Source: Acidobacteriota bacterium (GTDB lineage Bacteria; Acidobacteriota; UBA6911). From it: a DNA stretch of 64,000 bases. The notes under the pieces are model-generated. The model saw only the letters and a program-made list of their open reading frames with translations, did no database searches and was not told the DNA's origin. The DNA lies in NCBI GenBank assembly GCA_016929335.1, contig JAFGIY010000014.1:30586-94585 (forward strand), given 5' to 3'. How positions within the stretch are numbered: the stretch's first letter is position 1; every line of letters begins with the position of its first letter. The translations under genes and the position numbers were made by a program. Shown here piece by piece: positions 1 through 9,400 of this stretch.

Positions 1-2
1 TC

Positions 3-575
3 CTGAGAATCCTCGCAGGATTAACGCGTCCTTCCTCCGGCACATTCACCATCAAGCCTGCCGGAGCCGGCGCCCCGCGATTTATCCGCGGCGCGATCGG
101 ATACCTCTCGCATAGCACCGCGCTTTACGCGGATTTAACGGCTCTGGAAAACATGAGATTTTATGCGCGCCTGATGGAAGTGGCGGACGGCGAGGATGCC
201 CTGGTGCGCAGAATTGAGGATGTGGGCCTGGCCGGGCGGGAGCGCGAGCCGATACGCAACTATTCGAGAGGCATGCAACAGCGCCTGGCCATCGCACGGG
301 CGTTCCTGCATAGCCCCGGCATCCTTCTGCTTGATGAGCCGTTCACGGGACTGGACCAGGCCGGATCGGATTTCCTGAGAAGTTATCTCATGAAGGCGAG
401 GTCCGAAGGAAAGGCCTGCATCATGACAATCCACGATATCCGGGCCGGATACGAGATGGCGGACCGGCTTGTTGTAATCAATAGAGGGACTGCCGCGCTG
501 GATGTCTCCAAAGCGTCCTTAACTCCGGAGGCTTTCCAGGAACAATACCGGCGGATTACAGAAACCGCAAATTAG
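3..575 (+). CDS. ccmA: Heme-exporter ABC ATP-binding protein CcmA (5' end outside window)
   Basis: The frame is open from the window edge (LRILAGLTRPSSGTF...) to TAG 573-575. It has the ABC signature YSRGMQQRLAIARAF and Walker B ILLLDEP, and is followed by ccmB-ccmC-ccmD. Confidence 0.8.
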   Translation: MRILAGLTRPSSGTFTIKPAGAGAPRFIRGAIGYLSHSTALYADLTALENMRFYARLMEVADGEDALVRRIEDVGLAGREREPIRNYSRGMQQRLAIARAFLHSPGILLLDEPFTGLDQAGSDFLRSYLMKARSEGKACIMTIHDIRAGYEMADRLVVINRGTAALDVSKASLTPEAFQEQYRRITETAN

Positions 576-584
576 TGCGAATTT

Positions 585-1253
585 ATGAGTAAGATCTGGG
601 CGATTTTCCGAAAGGATTTGCTGGTTGAACTGAGGACGAAGGACTCGTTCAACACGATGCTGTTTTTCGGCGTCGTCGTCCTGGTCATTTTTAATTTCGC
701 GCTGGCAACAACGCGTGATTCAGCCAGGACGGCCGTGCCCGGGATCCTCTGGACGGCTTTTGCTTTTTCAGGCACGCTCGGGCTTAATCGCATGTTTGCG
801 GCTGAAAAAGAAAACAGCTGCCTCCAGGGCCTTCTGATGATTCCCGTGGATCGCGGCGTCATCTATCTGGGAAAGATGCTGGCTGCAACCGTTTTCATGC
901 TGATCTCCGAATTTATCATTTTTGTATTCAGCCTTGTATTTTTCAACCTGACGGTCTGGAAAGAAATTCCCTGGCTCATTCTGATATTCGTCATCGGAAC
1001 TCTGGGCTTTACGGCTGTGGGAACGCTGCTGTCGGCTATTGCAGTTAACACGAAAATGCGGGAAGTCCTGCTCCCGTTGATTCTTTTCCCCGTCATCCTG
1101 CCGGTTCTGATTAATGCAGTTGAAGCAACGGGCATTGTGCTGAACGAAGGCGATTATGGAGGTTTAAAGCTCCCGCTCACCATTATGTCGGCTTTTACCG
1201 TAGTTTTTGGGACCATAGCGTATCTGCTGTTCGAGCATGTCCTGGAGGACTAG
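585..1253 (+). CDS. ccmB: Heme exporter permease CcmB
   Basis: A 222-aa polytopic membrane protein lying 9 nt after ccmA. The N-terminus IFRKDLLVELRTKD and its operon position fit the CcmB family. Confidence 0.85.
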   Translation: MSKIWAIFRKDLLVELRTKDSFNTMLFFGVVVLVIFNFALATTRDSARTAVPGILWTAFAFSGTLGLNRMFAAEKENSCLQGLLMIPVDRGVIYLGKMLAATVFMLISEFIIFVFSLVFFNLTVWKEIPWLILIFVIGTLGFTAVGTLLSAIAVNTKMREVLLPLILFPVILPVLINAVEATGIVLNEGDYGGLKLPLTIMSAFTVVFGTIAYLLFEHVLED

Positions 1254-1255
1254 AG

Positions 1256-1945
1256 ATGAGCGAACGTTTCCAGTTTCGCCTGGATGCCGTATTGTGGATC
1301 GTACTCATTTTTGGAATGAGCCTGGCTCTCTATATGGCATTTATCGATGCGCCGCGCGAAAAGACGATGGGGGATCTCCAGCGGATTTTTTATTTTCATG
1401 TTCCGGCGGCGATCACAGGATTGATCGCGTTCGCCATTAACTTCGCAGCGTCTCTGATGTATGTAATCCGGAAGAACCGCTGGTGGGATAGCCTGGCGCT
1501 TTCGGCGGCGGAAATCGGAGTGATGTTTATGGCCATGGTGCTGGTCACCGGCCCGATATGGGCTAAGCCGGCATGGTTTATATGGTGGACATGGTCGCCG
1601 CGCCTGACCTCATCGCTGATTCTGTGTCTGCTTTATATAGCGTATCTGCTGATCCGCAACTATATCGAAGATCCTGACCGCAAGGCGATGGTTTCGGCCG
1701 TCTTCGGGATCGTGGCATTCGTTGATGCGCCTCTGGTCTGGTTCTCCATCCGTTGGTGGCGGGATCATCATCCGGGGCCGATGCTGGAAACCGGAGGTCT
1801 GGCACCGGCCATGCGCCCGGCATTCCTGATATGCCTGGCTGCATTTCAGCTTCTGCTGATTTATCTCCTTCGCAGGCGTTTTTACCTTCAATCCATGCGT
1901 GACGAGCTGGAGTGGCTCGAGCGTCAGGCAGATGCAGCACGTTGA
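1256..1945 (+). CDS. ccmC: Heme exporter protein CcmC
   Basis: 229 aa with the tryptophan-rich heme-handling motif WAKPAWFIWWTWSPRLTS. It starts 2 nt after ccmB. Confidence 0.9.
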   Translation: MSERFQFRLDAVLWIVLIFGMSLALYMAFIDAPREKTMGDLQRIFYFHVPAAITGLIAFAINFAASLMYVIRKNRWWDSLALSAAEIGVMFMAMVLVTGPIWAKPAWFIWWTWSPRLTSSLILCLLYIAYLLIRNYIEDPDRKAMVSAVFGIVAFVDAPLVWFSIRWWRDHHPGPMLETGGLAPAMRPAFLICLAAFQLLLIYLLRRRFYLQSMRDELEWLERQADAAR

Positions 1946-1957
1946 GGAGCTATTGCC

Positions 1958-2128
1958 ATGAATCCCATGAATTATCTTTTCGCCGCGTATCTGGCCATCT
2001 GGATCATCCTGGCTTTTTATCTCCTTTCCATCCATTCAAGGGAGAAGAAACTGCGGGAAGAAATCCGGCGGCTCAAGAGCCTCTTCGAAGCAAAAAGCAA
2101 GCCACGAATTGCACGAATTAAACCGTGA
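1958..2128 (+). CDS. ccmD: CcmD-like small single-TM protein
   Basis: A 56-aa ORF below the track's length cut-off: MNPMNYLFAAYLAIWIILAFYLLSIHSREKKLREEIRRLK... Topology and position after ccmC match CcmD. The last ~9 codons lie inside the family-A hairpin. Confidence 0.6.
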   Translation: MNPMNYLFAAYLAIWIILAFYLLSIHSREKKLREEIRRLKSLFEAKSKPRIARIKP

Positions 2129-2148
2129 AAATTCGTGCAATTCGTGGC
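2101..2148. terminator. Family-A hairpin copy A1, bidirectional terminator between convergent ccmD and AOR
   Basis: Perfect 18-bp arms GCCACGAATTGCACGAAT / ATTCGTGCAATTCGTGGC with T-rich tracts on both strands (ttgctttt on +, ttgcttttt on -). Confidence 0.7.
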
Positions 2149-2155
2149 TTGCTTT

Positions 2156-4336
2156 TCAGGAGGTCAGGCCGACAATTACGCTGCGGGCTTCGTCGGTCAG
2201 GAAATCCCACAGCCCGAGTTCTTTCAGCGTTTCCGGCATAGGGATGCCGCAGGAATTCCAGCCGCGCTCCTTGTAATACAGGTCGATGAGCTTGCGCAGC
2301 TCTTCTTTCCGAAGCTCCATCAGGAGTCCGCGTTTGCGGCCGGTTGTCATCCCGTTAAGTTCTTCCGGAGTTTTGCCCATGCGCGCCGCCAGATCGCGAT
2401 TGTTATATTCGGCTTCGGTTTCGTAAAGAGCGTCATCGGTAGGGCCTATGGCGCGTTCGGGGATCCAATCGTAGCGTCCCGTATCCGGCCCATAGTGAAG
2501 CACATTTAAAACCCGCTGCAGATTGATGTCGCGGTCGGTCTGCGCAAAGATCTCCTCCCAGGTGAGCTCTGATCCCAGAAGTCCATTATAGAATTCGGCA
2601 TAAATCTCCTGAGATGCCGGATTGATGTAGATATCGGTATCGGTGCGAGTGGCGGACTCCGGATTGAACACATCAACCCAGGGCAGTTTACAAACTCCCA
2701 TATTGTCATTGCCGAGCCGGACGCGCGGGTAGTTGATCAGTGCACGGGCTTTGCTTTCGAAAGAGGGGAAGGCGCCGAGGAGATCAGCCTTGATAAGCCA
2801 TGCGGCAGCGTGGTGCGCGCCGATGTCGCTGGCTGCGGCATAGGAGCCCTGCATTGAGAGCGAGCGGTGCGTCCGGTAGAAGGAAAACGGCAAGCCCTTG
2901 GCATGCATTGCAAACTTCTCGATTTCGTGCCGGATATCCCGGCCTGTCCGATCTTTGTATCTGCGGGCAACCCAATCTGTCAGTTCTCTTATCCCCTTGC
3001 CGGCGGCCTGTGCCATCGCTGTTTTACCGGAGGCCAGCCGGTGGATAAACTCGAGAGCCGAGGTCTGATCTCCCCAGGAAAGGACCAGCCCCTCGCCATC
3101 CTGTTCCGTCAAAAGGCCGCGCTGAAAACACTCCATGAGGAAAGCGATGCCTCCTGCCGTGGTGATTGTGTCTATCCCGTAGTTATCACAGTGCCAGTTG
3201 GCTTCCATAATGAACTCGGCATTCCAGATCCCCAGGTTGGAGCCGAAGCCGGCGGCGGTTTCGTATTCAGGCCCATCTACCCAGACCTTCCGGCCGGCAT
3301 GAGGGCCGCTGGTAATAGCAACCCAGCCTCCTTTGGTGCATTGAAGGTTGCAGCCCGGGAAACACCCGTCCATGCCGCGGTGTTCGAAGAGATGCTGTTC
3401 GTAGTATTTTCCGCAGATCAATCCGGCCCGGGCATCGGATCCTGTCTGAAAGTTGCAAATGGGCAGCGACTGGTATTCATCCTTGCTCATAAAGCTGATC
3501 AAGCCTGCGCTTCCCTTGCGGTGCATTCTCAGCGATTGAGGATCGACTTCCCGGACAACCTTTTGCAATTTTGTCCCGGCTCTTTTTACCCGCTCCCAGT
3601 CCGCGGCTCCGTAAGGATTATTGCCGCGAGGATTTTCAACCAATATGACAATGGATTGGATCCTTTTGTCGCTCATGACGGAGCCGGTCCCGGTGCGGCC
3701 TGCCTGCTTTACACGGAAAAGGCCCCTGTGGCCGTCGACGGGTTTGGTGACATCGAAGTAGTGGCTGTTGATGCAGCCATAGGTTGTATTGGCTGCGCCG
3801 AGGCCGGTGGATAAAAACGCCATGCGGCGTTTGTCGTATCCTGCAGTTGTGAAGCGTTCGACGATGTCTTTTTCGATGCTGAAAGCCTCGGCATCCAGGG
3901 GGACATCCTCCAGCATCACCTTCCCTTTGTAGCCGTCGATGATGATGATTACGCCGCAGGATGCTTTGCCGGTCACCTGGAGTGCGTCAAATCCGGCGTA
4001 TTTAAGATAGGCTCCAAAGTACCCGCCGAAATTGGAGACTCCGGGTATTCCGGTCAAGGGGGACAGGGATACGGCCATTGCCTTCGCGGTTCCGGGGAAC
4101 TGCGGTATGCCTCCCAGGGGGCCGTTGGCGATTATCAGGGGATTTTCCGGATCGGATGCTTTGGTGCGCGGAGTGATCGCCTGATGCAGAAGATAGAGCC
4201 CGAGACTGCGGCCTCCCAGAAAATAATCCCGCACATGCATATCCAGTTCCGGCACGGTGATAGTTCCTGAAGTCAGATCAATGCTGAGAATCCTGTTGGT
4301 GTATCCTCTCTGAATGGGTCTGCTGGCAAAATCCAT
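2156..4336 (-). CDS. Aldehyde:ferredoxin oxidoreductase family (tungsten/molybdopterin) enzyme
   Basis: 726 aa. The N-terminus ...GYTNRILSIDLTSGTI..., the DxxGxC-type motif (DNMGVC), the Cys cluster (CFPGCNLQC) and the length are typical of AOR-family proteins. Confidence 0.85.
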   Translation of the reverse strand: MDFASRPIQRGYTNRILSIDLTSGTITVPELDMHVRDYFLGGRSLGLYLLHQAITPRTKASDPENPLIIANGPLGGIPQFPGTAKAMAVSLSPLTGIPGVSNFGGYFGAYLKYAGFDALQVTGKASCGVIIIIDGYKGKVMLEDVPLDAEAFSIEKDIVERFTTAGYDKRRMAFLSTGLGAANTTYGCINSHYFDVTKPVDGHRGLFRVKQAGRTGTGSVMSDKRIQSIVILVENPRGNNPYGAADWERVKRAGTKLQKVVREVDPQSLRMHRKGSAGLISFMSKDEYQSLPICNFQTGSDARAGLICGKYYEQHLFEHRGMDGCFPGCNLQCTKGGWVAITSGPHAGRKVWVDGPEYETAAGFGSNLGIWNAEFIMEANWHCDNYGIDTITTAGGIAFLMECFQRGLLTEQDGEGLVLSWGDQTSALEFIHRLASGKTAMAQAAGKGIRELTDWVARRYKDRTGRDIRHEIEKFAMHAKGLPFSFYRTHRSLSMQGSYAAASDIGAHHAAAWLIKADLLGAFPSFESKARALINYPRVRLGNDNMGVCKLPWVDVFNPESATRTDTDIYINPASQEIYAEFYNGLLGSELTWEEIFAQTDRDINLQRVLNVLHYGPDTGRYDWIPERAIGPTDDALYETEAEYNNRDLAARMGKTPEELNGMTTGRKRGLLMELRKEELRKLIDLYYKERGWNSCGIPMPETLKELGLWDFLTDEARSVIVGLTS

Positions 4337-4456
4337 TATTCGTTCCCAAAGGCATTGTTTAAGGGGCGCAAAGCCTCAAAAGATAAGGGTTCTCCAGTTC
4401 CGCTGTCAAGCAGACAGTTGCAGGGAATGATTGCGGGTGCCGGCATGCGGTGAATT

Positions 4457-4730
4457 ATGCGGGTCACGACTGAAGCGATTGTCTCAAAACCTGTTAAGGA
4501 GCGGGCTTTCAGCCCTTATCGCTTGCTTCAATGTTTTCCCAGGCTTGGCCCTGGGCTGATATGGGCCGCGCCTTCGGCGCTTTTAATCATTGATTATGCA
4601 TCAGTTAAAGCGCCGAAGGCGCGAACTATACCAGGGGCAGCGCCCCAGGAAAGGAGTTGCATTAACAAGAAGGCTGATAGCCCGAATCATTCCGGGTTTT
4701 GAGACAGCGGCTGAAGCCGCGACCCACATG
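4457..4730. repeat. Family-E foldback element copy E1 (MITE-like, ~35-bp terminal inverted repeats)
   Basis: The left end ATGCGGGTCACGACTGAAGCGATTGTCTCAAAACC mirrors the right end GGGTTTTGAGACAGCGGCTGAAGCCGCGACCCACATG. The interior is a chain of short palindromes and is ~85% identical to 51188-51458. Confidence 0.75.
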
Positions 4731-4755
4731 TAGGTGGTTTTGGATTTACTTCAAT

Positions 4756-4826
4756 GCGGTCGCGGTCGGCTTTTCTGATCGCATTGCTTCGACCCCGATA
4801 GCGATACCGACCCCGACCCCGATTTT
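4756..4826. repeat. Family-B hairpin-only copy (B4) just downstream of the PD40 gene
   Basis: GCGGTCGCGGTCGG ... CGACCCCGATAGCGATACCGACCCCGACCCCGA followed by TTTTC, with the same (GGGTCG)n/(CGACCC)n arms as B1-B3. Confidence 0.6.
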
Positions 4827-4827
4827 C

Positions 4828-5937
4828 TTATTGGAGTGGGGAGAGGCAATATGTTGATGAGCTTAATTTGCCGGTGATTCTGCGCAGATTGTAGCTTTTC
4901 AGTTCCACGGCATATAAATTCCATTGTCCTTCATGATTGGAACGGAAAAAGATCTCCTTCCCATCGGGAGTGAATTGGGCATCCATCGGACGGCTTATTT
5001 TGGGTGTTGGATTGGTCGACTTTGCGCCGGTTGAATCCGTCAGTATTATGCCGGCGGCAGATTGCAGCAGAAGCAGTTTTCCATCGGGCGACCATGTGGC
5101 GCTGGAAGCGGCCATGCTGCTGATACGGGTTTTGTTCGCGCCGGTGGATTCCATGACGTAAACGCCGGAATTATTATCCACTGCACCGGTTGGAGGGATA
5201 GCGATGTAGGCGATCTGCCTCCCGTCCGGCGACCATGCAGGCTTTGTGTATATGGCCTGAGAGTCGGTTAACCGGCGCGTGCTCTGGGCGATGAAGTCTG
5301 CCATATAAATATCGCTTATCTGCTCTGTCCCAAAGCTGAGAGCAAGCTGTGAACCGTCCGGCGACCAGGATCCCGAACAATTCCTGCCGAATGCGGTCAG
5401 ACGCCGGCTTTCGCCGGTCTGCAGGTTCAGAACATAGATGGCGCTCATCGGGATTTTTTTCCCTTCGAGGACATCAAGATCATTATGTTGCGGATCCTCG
5501 TAGGAGGATACATAAAGCATTCGTCGGCCGTCGGGCGACCACGCGAAATTGCTGATGGGGAAATCGAGAAGGCGCTTCTCGGAACTGCCGTTGGCATCCA
5601 TGGCATATAAGAGAAAGTGAAACGGCATGCGGTAGGCGTTAAGGATTGCCGAGTCTTTCGAGCGAGTCGTGAAAAACGCGATGCTTTTGCCGTCCGGGGA
5701 CCAGGACGTGAGCCGCAGCTGCGCGCCCGGGTCCGGCGTGAGAAGTTTCCCGCCGGTCGTATCGGAGTTCATCAAGAAGATGCCGTTCTGGCCCTGGCGG
5801 GCGGGAGTCAGGGCAATCTTGAAATCTCCCGTGCTTTGAGAGCCCGTCGAGCATGCAGTCACGGCGATAAGAAGGATCGGGATAGAACGTAAAGAAAATT
5901 TCACGACTGTACCTCTTTTCAGTTTACAGGACTTCAT
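4828..5937 (-). CDS. TolB-like PD40/WD40 beta-propeller repeat lipoprotein
   Basis: 369 aa with a lipobox-like LIAVTAC signal. It carries repeated W-SPDG motifs (SWSPDGKSIAF, AWSPDGRRMLY, SWSPDGSQLAL, AWSPDGRQIAY, TWSPDGKLLLL). Confidence 0.8.
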   Translation of the reverse strand: MKSCKLKRGTVVKFSLRSIPILLIAVTACSTGSQSTGDFKIALTPARQGQNGIFLMNSDTTGGKLLTPDPGAQLRLTSWSPDGKSIAFFTTRSKDSAILNAYRMPFHFLLYAMDANGSSEKRLLDFPISNFAWSPDGRRMLYVSSYEDPQHNDLDVLEGKKIPMSAIYVLNLQTGESRRLTAFGRNCSGSWSPDGSQLALSFGTEQISDIYMADFIAQSTRRLTDSQAIYTKPAWSPDGRQIAYIAIPPTGAVDNNSGVYVMESTGANKTRISSMAASSATWSPDGKLLLLQSAAGIILTDSTGAKSTNPTPKISRPMDAQFTPDGKEIFFRSNHEGQWNLYAVELKSYNLRRITGKLSSSTYCLSPLQ

Positions 5938-6028
5938 GTTGCATGCCGGATGCAGAAGGAGTTTTATCCTAAACCATTAATATTCAATATGCTTTTTACA
6001 GGGAATGAGAACCTTCCATGCCCGGCAT

Positions 6029-6056
6029 TTGTCAAGTGTTTTTTGTTTAAGATAAT
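6029..6056 (+). promoter_or_regulatory. Sigma-70-like promoter candidate ahead of the TonB-receptor leader
   Basis: TTGTCA (6029-6034), a 16-nt spacer, then GATAAT (6051-6056). It would give a ~370-nt leader. No experimental support. Confidence 0.25.
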
Positions 6057-6430
6057 GTAAAATTTGCTTGTCTGCATTCCTGCCGGTAGCTATTGTTACT
6101 ACAACTCATTGTTTTTCAGATTACCAATTTGTTGCGGGCAGGGAGTTGCAGCGGCACTTGATTGTTGCCCGCCAACGGCCGAAAGCTGTGGTGCACAAAC
6201 GAGGTTTTCGTATGCACGACCAGCAGACGGAGTTTAGCCGATTTTCCATGGTTGAGAGTCGACGTATGTCCGAATTCCGGATCTATGGGATAAGGATATC
6301 CGAAGAATCAACCATCGAGCGACAAAGGGTGTGTATGACCGGAGTATCGGTGATGAGCTGAGAATGGAATCTCGATGTCTATTCCCTGGCTGGCAAGGGA
6401 TTCGATCGGCCATCCCATTCTTAGGAGGAA

Positions 6431-9400
6431 ATGCACATGCGTTCGTTTTTAACAGCTTTCTGCTGTTTGTGTTTAATTGTCTCCGTTGCCGGGGCACAGA
6501 GCGACCGCGGGACAATTACAGGGACTATTGCCGATCCGGCGGGCGCCATGGTTCCCAATGCTCAGATCGAAGCGAAGAATATCAACACCGGCGCCGTTTA
6601 TCAGGCAGCCTCTTCACAGACGGGCAATTATACAATTGCCCAGATGCCGGCCGGACCGTATCAACTCTCCGTGACAGTGCCCGGATTTAAGCAATATGTG
6701 CGCACGGGATTAACGGTAATGGTCGCTCAGACCCTGCGCATCGACGTTGCTCTTGAAGTTGGGGCGCCATCGGATACCGTAACCGTAAACGCCGACGCTC
6801 CTCTGCTGAAAACCGAGAGCGGCGAGCTGAGCCACAATATTTCCACGGATCGGATGAACGAGCTTCCGATGCTGTCGGCCGTAGGCATGCGGGATCCGTA
6901 TGCTGCGGTTGACCTGATGCCCGGAGTCGGTCGCGAAGGCGGTACGTTGCGCGTCAACGGAAGCCCTGGCTATACGATGTCGCTCCGGATCGATGGCCAG
7001 GATGCCACACAACAAATCTGGACACTTGCCTACAACATGTCCTCCCCCAGCGTGGATTCTGTCGAAGAAACTGCTGTCCAGACCAGCAACTATGCTGCGG
7101 AATACGGGCAGGCAGGCGGCGGAATCCTGAATATGACCATGAGGTCGGGAACCAACGCATTGCACGGGAGCGTATTCGACTACATGAGACATGAGAACTT
7201 GAATGCGATGCCTCCGTATCAGAAGCCTCCTGCCTATAAAAAGGCCGAGGATCGCCAGCAAGACTGGGGCTTTAACGTTGGAGGTCCCGTTTACATTCCA
7301 AAAGTGTATGACGGCCGCAACAAGACCTTCTTCTTCTACTCTTACGAACGGAACAGTGTGACAACAAATGCCAGCGCAACGTATACGATGCCGACGGCGG
7401 CATTTCGGAATGGGGATTTCAGCGCGGTTTTGGGAAGCGCTATCGGCACGGATCCGCTTGGGAGGACAATCTATGAGGGAACGATTTACGATCCCACAAC
7501 GACGCAGACAGTCAACGTCGGCGGGACGAATTACGTAGTCAGAGACCCTTTCATGGGCTGCGATGGACAACATCTCAACCAGATCTGCATGGCCACAGCA
7601 GGCGTGGATCCGGTAGCTCTGAACTACGAAAAATTTTGGCCGACGACTACAAATGATCTCACCAATAATTATAGTGTATCTTGGGATCGTAACAATACCT
7701 GGACCAACAATGCTTTTAAGATAGATCACAACTTGAGTAGCAAGCTCAAATTAACGGGCTACTATGCATATTATCAAATAAACGCTGAGGGCTTTACGGA
7801 CGGTCTGGAAGTTCCGATCTCGGCAGGAAGGGTTTTTACAGAGAGAACCCATACGGCTCGAGTCTCCGCTGACTACACGGTTTCGCCCACCATGCTTCTG
7901 CATATGGGAGGGGGACTGATGCATTTCATCTTCAAGGATCCTCAGCCGAATGTTAATTTCGATCCTCTCGCGGAACTTGACTTGCCCGGAACCTTTGCGA
8001 CCATAGCTCCCTCAATGTCATTGTCGAGTACCACTCGAGGAGGGTTCCGCGATACGGGCCCGGTTGCCTATGGCAGCACCTGGCAGATCAAACCCACCGG
8101 GACGGTTAGCCTTGCTTGGGTAAAAGGCAACCATTCGATGAAATTTGGCGGCGAGTTGCGTGTTGAGTCGCATCCCGTGACCGTATTTACTCCCGCCAAC
8201 GGCAAGTTTATCTTTGATCCAATCCAAACCGGAATGCCTTATCTCGGATCAACGGGCAATACGGGACACCCCTTTGCAAGTTTCCTTCTTGGCCGGTTCA
8301 ACAAAGGGGAGATTGGAATACAAAACAGGTTCCATTTAGGAAAACATGCCTTGGCCTTTTACGCTCAGGATAGCTGGAAAATCACGCCCAAGATTACGTT
8401 TGACTACGGATTGCGGTGGGATTATCAGACCTCCCTGCAAGAGACCTACGGTCGCATGCCTACCTGGGATCCTTTTGCCCCTAATCCAGATTACGGCGGC
8501 ATTCCCGGAAGAACGGTCTACAGAAAAGACGTTGCGGATGTCTATCCGCATGCGTGGGGGCCTCGATTGGGTTTAGCGTGGCAGTTGATGCCCAAGACAG
8601 TGCTTCGCACGGGTTTCGGAATCACCTATGGCCAGACGGGAGCGCTGGAAATGTGGAGTCTGCGTTTCGGCTCCTTCATCCGCTACGGTGGCGGTCAGAC
8701 CTATTATGAACCGATCGGCCTTCTGAAAAATGGCCCGAATATCAATGGTACTGCGATTGTGCCGCAATGGCCGGATCCCAATCAGGTCTCGCCGGCTGCG
8801 GCTGGTTCTGATGTCATGCCTTGGATCAGTGACCAGGCCGGGCGGCCGCCGCGACAGGTGCAGTGGAGCTTTGGAATTCAGCGCGAAATTACTCCCAACC
8901 TGAGCGTGGATATTTCATATGTAGGCAACCGCGGAGCCTGGTGGAATTCCAATGGGGCCATTAACGATCCCAACAGAGTGACACCGGGGACCCTTGCTGC
9001 CCACAATATCGATCTAACCAATGTTAGCCATCGCAATCTGATGCTTACACCGCTCAGCGCCGTTAGTCCCGCAGATATTGCGGCTCATAACCTTTCGACG
9101 CCGTTCCCCGGATTCGCGGGCGATGTCGCTCAATCGCTGCGACCTTTTCCGCATGCCGGGAACATTTTCGGGCTTTGGTATCCGATTGGAAGAACCTGGT
9201 ATGACTCGATGCAGGTGAATGTGATCAAACGATCTTCGTACGGTCTCGACTTCACCGCATCCTATAGCTGGCAAAAAGAACTGGCAATCGGCGCGGAAAA
9301 TGCCGACACCGCCTTTGTTGTGTTGCCGGCTGTAAACAATATCAACTACTTTAAATCCAACAAGTATATTTCCGCGCTTTCCATACCGCATCGCCTCGTT

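Noticed and set aside
4457-4702. 81-aa ORF inside foldback element E1, considered as a possible element-encoded protein.
   Set aside because: The frame is not maintained in the otherwise collinear copy E2, and it has no start context.
6710-7729. Long ORFs antisense to well-supported genes. Examples are 6710-7729 (-) in the TonB receptor, 2867-3814 (+) in AOR, 34966-36087 (+) in the PEP-utilising gene, 36177-37265 (+) in gdhA, 52596-53645 (-) in the beta-helix gene, 41985-42836 (+) in hemN and 58752-59705 (-) in ntrY.
   Set aside because: They are shadow frames of genes with clear family signatures. Their translations are low-complexity, R/G/P-rich, and lack any motif.
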